From positions 1 through 34,589 of the IMG/VR virus record IMGVR_UViG_3300031260_000098: a stretch of 34,589 bases of DNA; one strand, 5' to 3'. A model generated the notes under the pieces. The model did no database searches and was not told the DNA's origin. It saw nothing but the letters and a program-made list of their open reading frames with translations. Within the stretch, counting starts at the first letter, position 1. Each line of letters opens with the position of its first letter. The translations under genes and the position numbers were made by a program. Source of the DNA: a virus. Its lineage: Duplodnaviria; Caudoviricetes. Positions 27,996-34,589 of the stretch are shown piece after piece.

Positions 27996-28503
27996 GTTTC
28001 TCCAGAGCCTTCTGCATCGCGGCGGGCTCCACACCCAGATCGGCCGCCATCAGCGCGGCCACCCGGGCGGGCCAGTTGACCCAGACATCGCGCTCCTGCC
28101 GCGCGAGGCGGAACACCAGCGCCAGCGCGCGGGCACGGTCGACCAGCTCCCCCTTCAGCCTCGAGAGCCGGATGCGCCGCTCCTGCGCCTTCAGCACCTC
28201 GTTCGCGGTCTTGGCCTGCAGGAAGGTCGTAGCGCCGCCAACGGCCGGGGCGGACAGCCCCTGTTCGCGGAGCGTGTCGCCGACGGCGGCGACGGCGGCC
28301 TCGGGCACGGGTTTCAGCTTGGGCGCCGGCGCCTTTCGTGTCTTCGACGGGTCCGTCGTCTCGGCCCTGAGCCGGTCCGAGGCCGCGGCGTCGATGCTGC
28401 CATCCTCATGCAGGACGAGCCGGCCGGCGTCCTTCGCCTTCTGGATCGCGCCCCGCGACAGCCCGACACGGGCGGCGTACTGGCGCTCGCTCATGCCCTG
28501 CAT
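27943..28503 (-). CDS. Putative terminase small subunit (Nu1-like)
   Basis: N-terminal HTH (MSERQYAARVGLSRGAIQKA) and coiled coil ending GELVD; overlaps the TerL start. Confidence 0.75.
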   Translation of the reverse strand: MQGMSERQYAARVGLSRGAIQKAKDAGRLVLHEDGSIDAAASDRLRAETTDPSKTRKAPAPKLKPVPEAAVAAVGDTLREQGLSAPAVGGATTFLQAKTANEVLKAQERRIRLSRLKGELVDRARALALVFRLARQERDVWVNWPARVAALMAADLGVEPAAMQKALEKHVRSQLDDLAEIQPDLR

Positions 28504-28533
28504 CGTCGGCCCCGATTATCATTCAAATTCATT

Positions 28534-28554
28534 CGCTTATCTCGTTGATAAGCG
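28534..28554. promoter_or_regulatory. Candidate operator in a divergent promoter region
   Basis: Perfect 8-bp inverted repeat CGCTTATC-N5-GATAAGCG overlapping TTGATA in an AT-rich gap. Confidence 0.5.
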
Positions 28555-28614
28555 CGGCGGACAGAGGGAACGTGTCTCCAGAAGGACGATGCAACTCACC
28601 AAGGAGCCACCACG

Positions 28615-28887
28615 ATGACCACCCGCCTGAACCCGATCACCACCCCGCGCTTTGAGGCCCGCGCCGAGAATGCCCGGCGCAACAAGGAAGCGGCCCTGAA
28701 CGCCTTCATCGGAAAGAAGGCCGAAATCGACGAGATGCTCGCCCGCCTGCAGGCGCTCAGCGACGAACATTTCAACTGCCACCCCGACGAGGTGGGCTGG
28801 GCCATGGTCGGCACCCTCGAACACTACGCCAGCCTCCTGAAGCGCATCACCGACAGCGCCTTCGGTGAGGGCGAACACGCCCGCTGA
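28615..28887 (+). CDS. Conserved prophage hypothetical protein
   Basis: Strong SD AAGGAG; helical 90-aa protein of a type I recall next to DUF3489 genes. Confidence 0.8.
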   Translation: MTTRLNPITTPRFEARAENARRNKEAALNAFIGKKAEIDEMLARLQALSDEHFNCHPDEVGWAMVGTLEHYASLLKRITDSAFGEGEHAR

Positions 28888-28981
28888 TCTCCGGCCCAGC
28901 CGGAACTCCTGCCGCGCCGACGCGCGGCTCGGGGTCGTAGGAGGGTCGCGACGGTCGCGGCCCCAAAAACGGAGACCCCAG

Positions 28982-29569
28982 ATGACCAAGCTTTCCGACA
29001 CCCAGCTCGTGATCCTCAGCGCCGCTGCGCAACGCGAGGACCGCAACGTCCTGCCGCTCCCCGGCTCGCTCCGCGGCGGCGCCGCCGCCAAGGTGGTCGG
29101 CGCGCTGCTCTCCCGCGGGATGATCGCCGAGACCACGACCGACAGCCAGACCAAGGCGGACGCCGCGCTCAACCGGATCTGGCGCAACGACGAGGACGGC
29201 CGCGCCATCCTCCTGCAAATCACGAATGCGGGCCTCGCCGCCATCGGCGTCGAGCCCGAGGACGCGAACCCCGCGCCTGCGGGCGCGACGGACGCGCCGA
29301 CCGAGGAGCCCGCGCCGGACGCTCCCGCCGGACCCGAGACCGCGCCCAAGACGCCCACGCCGCGCGAGGGCACCAAGCAGGCCACCCTGATCGCCATGCT
29401 GCGCGCGCCGGACGGCGCGACCATCGAGGAGATCATGGCCGCTACGGGCTGGCAGTCGCACACGGTGCGCGGCGCGATGGCCGGGGCGCTGAAGAAGAAA
29501 CTCGGGCTCGAGGTGACCTCGGAGAAGGTCGATGGGCGCGGGCGGGTCTATCGGCTTCCGGCAGCCTGA
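28982..29569 (+). CDS. DUF3489 domain protein
   Basis: MTKLSDTQ start with GGAG SD; C-terminal REGTKQA.LIAML..P.GATI.EI..ATGWQ.HTVRG wHTH. Confidence 0.9.
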   Translation: MTKLSDTQLVILSAAAQREDRNVLPLPGSLRGGAAAKVVGALLSRGMIAETTTDSQTKADAALNRIWRNDEDGRAILLQITNAGLAAIGVEPEDANPAPAGATDAPTEEPAPDAPAGPETAPKTPTPREGTKQATLIAMLRAPDGATIEEIMAATGWQSHTVRGAMAGALKKKLGLEVTSEKVDGRGRVYRLPAA

Positions 29570-29589
29570 TCGCCCGCGCAAGAACTCAG

Positions 29590-29614
29590 GCCGCCGCCCC
29601 GACTGGGCGGCGGC
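29590..29614. terminator. GC hairpin between convergent genes
   Basis: GCCGCCGCCC-CGACT-GGGCGGCGGC is a perfect 10-bp stem; no clear U tract. Confidence 0.55.
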
Positions 29615-29622
29615 ATGCATGA

Positions 29623-30012
29623 TCATTTAAGAAGCGAAATGACCCCAAGCACGATCCCAATTGCGCCAAGGCCTACCGACCAAACAGCGAGCCACGCCGG
29701 GATATAGATCCGGGGATCCGGCGTCCGAAGGTACCAGCGCATCTTGCCAAACCATCCGAGCGCTTGGAGATCGAAATTCAGGCGTTCGCCCTTTTCCACT
29801 CCGAGCGCCTGCCTCGCATCAAAGGCCATGTAGATCGCGCTGTCGTCATCGTGGCCAAGAATAACCGTATCGTATGACCTCGATCGATCAGCCGTGTTTG
29901 TTATTCGAGCGACACCATATCGACCAATTCCGCTTCGATGTGAGTGATGCACTCGAACAATCGAATTTCCCCATTCGCTTCGATCAAGCCCTTTGACTTC
30001 AAGTTGCGGCAT
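29623..30012 (-). CDS. Membrane-anchored hypothetical protein (moron), possible double-psi beta-barrel
   Basis: Lower GC; SD AGGGA; C-terminal hydrophobic segment; pattern resembles the CDC48/VAT-N barrel. Confidence 0.7.
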   Translation of the reverse strand: MPQLEVKGLDRSEWGNSIVRVHHSHRSGIGRYGVARITNTADRSRSYDTVILGHDDDSAIYMAFDARQALGVEKGERLNFDLQALGWFGKMRWYLRTPDPRIYIPAWLAVWSVGLGAIGIVLGVISLLK

Positions 30013-30086
30013 GCTGCTGTCCCTACTGAACTTGGCACACCATACACGTCATGCGCGGCCGGCAAAAAGATCGTAACTGCCCGAAG

Positions 30087-30305
30087 CTATGTGTTCCGCC
30101 GCAGCCGTTCGAACAGCCGCCGCAGGACGTAGGACCGCGCTATGCTCACCACGGTGAACACCGCGCCCATCTTCAGGTTCTGCGCCAGCGTCGTGTGCAG
30201 GCCGAAGATCGGGAAGATCAGGATCTGCGTCATGACCGCGATGCCGTAGCCTACCGCCACGTTCGCGACCGCCTCGACCAGCGACATGGCGCGCGATTGC
30301 TTCAT
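30087..30305 (-). CDS. Small two-TM phage membrane protein
   Basis: MKQSRAMSLVEAVANVAVGY...RSYVLRRLFE; a type I recall beside phage methylases. Confidence 0.85.
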   Translation of the reverse strand: MKQSRAMSLVEAVANVAVGYGIAVMTQILIFPIFGLHTTLAQNLKMGAVFTVVSIARSYVLRRLFERLRRNT

Positions 30306-31333
30306 GTCGCCACCTCATCCATCGGCCAGCAATTCAGATGCCAGAGTTCGCAGCGCATGCGCCGCAACCAGCGGGACCACGCCGTTGCCACAGAGGCGAA
30401 GCCGGTCCACCCGGTGGGCCAGCCCATCAGCGCCTCGACGAACAGCGGGTTCAAGGTCCGGCGCGGCTCGGAGGTATCGCTCCCAGCCATTGGCGTCACC
30501 AGGACCTGGCGGCCAAGCAGGCCGTTCACCGGCGTATTCGCGAGGCTCGTCGCCCCGTCCTTGTGATCCCGCGCCGTCGGCGTCATCCACATCCGCGTCG
30601 CATCGCAGAGCGTCGCCCCGTCGTTGCGCGGGCGCGCCATCTCGCTGCGATTGCTCGTCCGGTTCCGCGTCCCCTTGCTGTCGCCCGCAAGAGGCGTCGG
30701 CCAGAGCCGCATCATCTCGGTCCGGTTGCCGCCGCTCGAGCGCGTCCCCGAGCAGGCGCGCGGGGTCGGCCAGGTGGTCGCGCTCGCGGTGCGCGAGGAT
30801 AAAGAGCCGCTCGCGCCTGTGGGGCGCGCCGACTTCCGCCGCCGTGAAGAGGCCTGCCGCAAGGCGGTAGCCCATGCCGACCAGTCCTGAGGCGACTTCG
30901 GGGAAGCCGAGGCGGAGATGATGGGCGACATTCTCGAGGAAGACGAACGGTGGCTCCACTTCGCCGATGATGCGGGCGACATGGGGCCAGAGGTGGCGCG
31001 GGTCGTCGGCGCCCCGGCGTTTGCCCGCGACGGAGAACGGCTGGCACGGATAGCCCGCAGTGACGATGTCCACCGCGCCGCGCCACGGGCGGCCGTCGAA
31101 AGTTGCAACATCGTCCCAGACAACAGCCTGATCCAGGGACGCGTCTTCCATCCGCGCCACGAGAGTGGCTGCGGCGAAGGTTTCCCGTTCGACATGGCCC
31201 ACAGCACGATATCCGGGGATGGCGATGGTGAGCCCGAGGTCGATACCGCCCGCGCCGGAGCAGAGGGAGAGGCCGAACAGACATGCGTCTCCGGCTCCGG
31301 AAGCGTCTCCGGAGGAAGGTAGAGCCAGGTCAT
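30302..31333 (-). CDS. Overlapping alternative-frame partner (beta-like subunit: TRD and motif IX) of the C5 methyltransferase
   Basis: 343-aa open frame starting 4 nt after the MTase ATG; WPTP/WMTP repeats and LNPLFVEALMGWPTGWT; its stop overlaps the next ATG (ATGA). Confidence 0.7.
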   Translation of the reverse strand: MTWLYLPPETLPEPETHVCSASPSAPARAVSTSGSPSPSPDIVLWAMSNGKPSPQPLSWRGWKTRPWIRLLSGTMLQLSTAARGAARWTSSLRAIRASRSPSRANAGAPTTRATSGPMSPASSAKWSHRSSSSRMSPIISASASPKSPQDWSAWATALRQASSRRRKSARPTGASGSLSSRTASATTWPTPRACSGTRSSGGNRTEMMRLWPTPLAGDSKGTRNRTSNRSEMARPRNDGATLCDATRMWMTPTARDHKDGATSLANTPVNGLLGRQVLVTPMAGSDTSEPRRTLNPLFVEALMGWPTGWTGFASVATAWSRWLRRMRCELWHLNCWPMDEVAT

Positions 31334-31337
31334 GCAT
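30315..31337 (-). CDS. DNA cytosine-C5 methyltransferase (alpha-like subunit)
   Basis: Motifs I LCSGAGG, IV GYPCQPFS, VI ENV, VIII HRRERLF and X RLCGNGV are present; motif IX is not evident in this frame. Confidence 0.93.
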   Translation of the reverse strand: MHDLALPSSGDASGAGDACLFGLSLCSGAGGIDLGLTIAIPGYRAVGHVERETFAAATLVARMEDASLDQAVVWDDVATFDGRPWRGAVDIVTAGYPCQPFSVAGKRRGADDPRHLWPHVARIIGEVEPPFVFLENVAHHLRLGFPEVASGLVGMGYRLAAGLFTAAEVGAPHRRERLFILAHRERDHLADPARLLGDALERRQPDRDDAALADASCGRQQGDAEPDEQSQRDGAPAQRRGDALRCDADVDDADGAGSQGRGDEPREYAGERPAWPPGPGDANGWERYLRAAPDLEPAVRRGADGLAHRVDRLRLCGNGVVPLVAAHALRTLASELLADG

Positions 31338-31338
31338 G

Positions 31339-32706
31339 TCACGCGGCGGTCTTGCGCTTTCGCGCGGGTTCGGGTTCGGCGTCCGTGTCCGGCGTATCGG
31401 TGACGTCGCCCAGCCGCTCCGCCTTCACCTGCGCGAAGGTCCGGCCGTCGCCGTCGAGGATCGCGTCCTTGTCGGTTTCGGCCTGCCAACGCTCCACGGC
31501 GACATCGACATACGCCGCGCTGATCTCCATTGCGAAGACGCGGCGGCCATTGGCCTCGCCCGCCATGATCTGCGACCCGGAGCCGGAGAACGGCTCATAG
31601 CAGAGGCCGCCCCGCGCCACATGCTGGCGCATCGGGATCCCGAAGGCGTCGAGCGGCTTCGGCGTCGGATGGTCAGGCCGGTCATCCTTGGCGAAGCTGG
31701 GAAGCGCCCATGTCGATGGCAGCGTTTCCTCGGCCACCTTCGGCGGGCGGTTCGGACGCCGCCAGCCCATGAAACAGGGCTCGTGCTTCCAGAGGTAATG
31801 GGAGCGGGTGAGCACCCCGCGGTCCTTCACCCAGATGATCTGCTGATGGACGAAGGCGCCGGCCTTCTCCCAGCAGGCCTCGAGCATCGCCTGGCGGCGC
31901 GAGGCGTGCCAGCAATACCAGGCCGCGTCCTCGGTGATCGCCTCGGCGACAGCGGCCGCGATGAAGCCGTCATAAAGCTCCGCCCCCTGAGAGCTGTCGT
32001 CCCAAGTTGTGCCGTAGGACGCCGACCAATCCTTGTTCCGCGTCGGATGGTTCGAGCCGTCGTAGTCAACGAGATACGGCGGGTCGGTCGCGAACAGGAT
32101 CGCCCGCTCGCCGTTCATTAGGCGGCGCACATCGTCGTGGCTGGTGCTGTCGCCGCAGAGCAGCCGGTGCTCGCCGAGGATCCACAGGTCGCCCGTCCGC
32201 GAGGCCGGATTGCGCGGCGGTTCGGGGATGGTCACCGGAGGCACGGAGCCCCCGGCGCCACCTTCTTCTTCACCGCCCTCGTCCGGATCGAAAGCCAGGA
32301 GCTTGTCCAACTCGCCGTCGGAGAAGCCGACCAGCGACAGGTCGTAGTCCTCGGCCAGAAGGTCATTCAGTTCGGCCGACAGCAGCGCCTCGTCCCAGCT
32401 GCCGAGTTCGGTCAGCTTGTTGTCCGCGATGCGGTAGGCTCGCCGCTGCGCCTCGCTCAGATGCCCGAGCACGATCACTGGCGCTTCGGTCAGCCCGAGC
32501 TGCGTCGCGGCCAGCACGCGCCCGTGGCCCGCGATCAACTCCCCGTTTTCCGCCACGAGACACGGCACGGTCCAGCCGAACTCGGCCATGCTGGCGGCGA
32601 TCTTCACGACCTGGTCTGCACCGTGCACCTTCGCGTTCTTCGCGTAGGGCTGGAGCTTGGCCAGCGGCCACATCTCGATCCGCTCGGGGGCGAAGGCGAG
32701 GGTCAT
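31339..32706 (-). CDS. ParB-like domain fused to an N6-adenine/N4-cytosine DNA methyltransferase
   Basis: EFGWTVP..IAGHGR..RIADN (ParB/Srx); DPPY precedes HPTPKP and EPFSGSGS (beta-class order). Confidence 0.93.
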   Translation of the reverse strand: MTLAFAPERIEMWPLAKLQPYAKNAKVHGADQVVKIAASMAEFGWTVPCLVAENGELIAGHGRVLAATQLGLTEAPVIVLGHLSEAQRRAYRIADNKLTELGSWDEALLSAELNDLLAEDYDLSLVGFSDGELDKLLAFDPDEGGEEEGGAGGSVPPVTIPEPPRNPASRTGDLWILGEHRLLCGDSTSHDDVRRLMNGERAILFATDPPYLVDYDGSNHPTRNKDWSASYGTTWDDSSQGAELYDGFIAAAVAEAITEDAAWYCWHASRRQAMLEACWEKAGAFVHQQIIWVKDRGVLTRSHYLWKHEPCFMGWRRPNRPPKVAEETLPSTWALPSFAKDDRPDHPTPKPLDAFGIPMRQHVARGGLCYEPFSGSGSQIMAGEANGRRVFAMEISAAYVDVAVERWQAETDKDAILDGDGRTFAQVKAERLGDVTDTPDTDAEPEPARKRKTAA

Positions 32707-32751
32707 GGTGGTGTTCCTGTTCGATTGGGTGCGGCGCGCCGCCAGGCGCGA

Positions 32752-32896
32752 GGTGGACTCTGCCAAGGTGGATTCCAGTGGATTCCGGGGTGGACTCCCG
32801 AGCGCCGGGTATCCACCTCGGAGTCCACCCTCCAAGCGGCTGTTATCGCGTGGTTATTTCTGGTTTCAGGGGTGGACTCCGACCGGGGTGGACTCC
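32752..32896. repeat. Cluster of eight GGTGGA(C/T)TCC-like repeats in both orientations
   Basis: Forward at 32752, 32767, 32777, 32789, 32871 and 32887; inverted at 32808 and 32820. Confidence 0.9.
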
Positions 32897-32919
32897 CAAA
32901 AAAACGGCCCTGACGCTGG

Positions 32920-32970
32920 CGAAATATCGCGCTTCGCCCGCCAGCATAGGAAGTGCGCGAAAAGGAACCG
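32920..32970 (-). other. Putative lambda-like cos site (cosQ/cosN)
   Basis: Minus strand CGGTTCCT...TATGC-TGGCGGGCGAAG-CGCG-ATATTTCGC parallels lambda CGGGTCCT...TTACG-GGGCGGCGACCT-CGCG-GGTTTTCGC. Confidence 0.6.
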
Positions 32971-32973
32971 TAA

Positions 32974-32986
32974 AATCAACGGCTTG
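32974..32986 (+). promoter_or_regulatory. IHF consensus site
   Basis: AATCAACGGCTTG matches WATCAANNNNTTR exactly and is adjacent to the cos-like site. Confidence 0.55.
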
Positions 32987-33054
32987 TCTGGCGGCGGAGA
33001 CAGTCTTCCCGGTCAAGCGGCGGGCGTTTGCCCGGTTTCGAACCGTCTCCCCTT

Positions 33055-33087
33055 CTGGACCCCGAACTGGACCCCGGCTGGACCCCG
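33055..33087 (+). repeat. Three direct CTGGACCCCG repeats
   Basis: Exact copies at 33055, 33067 and 33078. Confidence 0.85.
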
Positions 33088-33203
33088 GAATCCAGCGGTG
33101 CAAGCCATCGTCCCTTTGCTCACGTCTCGTGCGATCATATCCCGTTTGTAGCCCGCAGCACCGGTTCGTGAAACCCTCCGGGATGTCTCTCCGAAATTTC
33201 CCG

Positions 33204-33650
33204 TCACAGGATGATTTTCCTTGACAGCCGGTCGGCGTTCTCGACCACGAAGCGCCGCGATCGTCTCATGGACGGCACCCGCCCGTTGAGCCGCCAGGTG
33301 ATCAGCGCGACGCCATATTGCCAGTGGCGATTGGCCGCCGGACGGCTGAGCCCGACCTCCCAGGTGATCTTCTTCCACGGCTTGCGGTTGGCGCGCAGCC
33401 AGACGATCCGGGCGTCGTCCTTCTCAAGCCAGCGCAGCCAGAGCATGGTCTCTTCAGCTTCGGTGATCTGGCGCGGGCTGGGCCTCGGGCGACGCACCTG
33501 CGGCTCCTGGCCCACCTTGTCCGCGAAGCTGTGGAAATACTCGGGCCAGGCGTTGAAGTAGCCCTGCGGCCTCACGCCCGGCAGCTGCGCGAAGACGTCG
33601 GCGGCGAGTTCGAGGCGGTCCTGCACCTGCGTCGTGGTCCATTCAGTCAT
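33204..33650 (-). CDS. DUF6362-like protein (possible late-gene regulator)
   Basis: MTEWT..QVQDRL, GYFNAWPE and a C-terminal HTH-like WKKITWEVGLSRPAANRHW; located just before the late operon. Confidence 0.8.
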   Translation of the reverse strand: MTEWTTTQVQDRLELAADVFAQLPGVRPQGYFNAWPEYFHSFADKVGQEPQVRRPRPSPRQITEAEETMLWLRWLEKDDARIVWLRANRKPWKKITWEVGLSRPAANRHWQYGVALITWRLNGRVPSMRRSRRFVVENADRLSRKIIL

Positions 33651-33852
33651 GGCACACATCCCTGTCGTCCGCCCGAGGGCCATAGAGCTTCTCGCCCAGC
33701 TGGCGGACCAGTTCACGCTCGGGCCAGGTGAGCCGCTCGTCGTCGATGGCGACGGCCAGCAGGCCCCGGTCACGCCAGCCGTCCCGTTTGACGCGGTCCG
33801 GGTCGCGTCGTTCGCCGCCATAGCCCGGAGGATGCCAGCGCATGGTCTTCAT
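33643..33852 (-). CDS. Conserved prophage hypothetical protein
   Basis: PPGYGGERRDPDRVKRDGW; overlapping start and stop with both neighbours. Confidence 0.8.
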   Translation of the reverse strand: MKTMRWHPPGYGGERRDPDRVKRDGWRDRGLLAVAIDDERLTWPERELVRQLGEKLYGPRADDRDVCHD

Positions 33853-34277
33853 TTCCGGCCTCCTTCTGGCCCATCCTTTTCTGACTTACGCAATCCGGCG
33901 AGATCGTCTCCCGGCCACGTCCCCCCATCGAGGGGTGAGCCGTCGCTTTCCTCCTTTTCAGCAAATGCGTCGGCCAGATATTTGGCACGACGACGACCGA
34001 GCCGCCGGCCATGTTCGCGGCGCGCCTCGCTCACCGGACCGGCCCACGGGTTCTTGCCCATCCGGAACGGCCAGCTCGGGCAGTCCACGGCCCTGCAGAG
34101 CCGCACCTCCTGCGCCGAGCAGTTGCAGCAATCGAGGCATTTCAGCCGCAGGGCGCGCAGCGGCGAGACCCGGGCGTGGCCGAGCTGCTCCAGCTCGTCG
34201 GCGGACATGGTGCGGGGATCGCGCCCGACGTCATGGCCGTCCTGGCGTTCGAGACCGATATGGCGATGCTCGGTCAT
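33849..34277 (-). CDS. Hypothetical Cys-rich putative zinc-binding protein
   Basis: PLRALRLKCLDCC...EVRLC...CPSWPFRMG; ATGA overlaps at both ends. Confidence 0.75.
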   Translation of the reverse strand: MTEHRHIGLERQDGHDVGRDPRTMSADELEQLGHARVSPLRALRLKCLDCCNCSAQEVRLCRAVDCPSWPFRMGKNPWAGPVSEARREHGRRLGRRRAKYLADAFAEKEESDGSPLDGGTWPGDDLAGLRKSEKDGPEGGRK

Positions 34278-34589
34278 GCGCGCCCCTCCCGCCGCTCTCT
34301 TTCCATCGCCGCGCAGGCCTGCTGGGCCCGGCGACGGTCGCGGTCGTTGTCGAGGTCGATCCGGCTGAGGCCAGTCTCGCGATCGACATGGCTGCCTTCG
34401 CCATGGCGCGCCCAGGCGATGAAGGCGTTGGCGATCTTGCCATGCAGTGCGATCATGGCGCTCTGGTTGGCGACCGCGATGAGCGGCGCGAGATGGCGGG
34501 AGAGGAACGGCAGCCAGTCCGCGGGGTTCGGGACGACGACCTGATCGACGAAGGCCAGCGGCGTCTCGATCAGCACGAAGATGCCGTGG
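34274..34589 (-). CDS. Hypothetical protein, 5' end probably outside the window
   Basis: Frame is open to the window edge and its stop is coupled to the next gene. Confidence 0.6.
   Translation of the reverse strand, partial: HGIFVLIETPLAFVDQVVVPNPADWLPFLSRHLAPLIAVANQSAMIALHGKIANAFIAWARHGEGSHVDRETGLSRIDLDNDRDRRRAQQACAAMERERREGRA

Larger units (their letters stand above)
4448..34589 (-). mobile_element. Defective prophage late region (lambda-like head, RcGTA-like tail); continues beyond the right edge
   Basis: Co-oriented methylase, terminase, portal, capsid, tail and lysis-remnant genes. No integrase or att site is visible. Confidence 0.93.

Noticed and set aside
32707-32835. N-terminal extension of the ParB-methylase
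   Set aside because: It runs through the repeat cluster; the likely start is MTLAFAPE at 32706.

Overview
High-GC alphaproteobacterial (Rhodobacteraceae-like) DNA. Positions 1-4.4 kb are accessory host DNA: an IS1380-like end interrupting a repB/ParB-partner gene, then a sulP-usp-traR/dksA operon. Positions ~4.4-34.6 kb are the late region of a decaying prophage, mostly on the minus strand. It has a lambda-type head/packaging module (cos-like site, TerS, gpA TerL with a class 3 intein, gpW, portal, protease-capsid fusion), an RcGTA-like tail module and two DNA methyltransferases. An IS21 element with an adjacent deletion and a second deletion in the lysis cassette suggest it is defective. The most unusual signals are: (i) two families of short hairpin elements inserted in-frame in four virion genes, one family with compensatory base-pair changes around a GGTTCGA loop; (ii) a ~260-nt moron that looks like a multi-helix RNA with a kissing loop behind a 15-codon ORF; (iii) a C5 methyltransferase split over two overlapping frames; (iv) a stand-alone UDG-superfamily moron. 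Family names come from motifs read by eye and from recollection of homologues. No database search or folding program was run.
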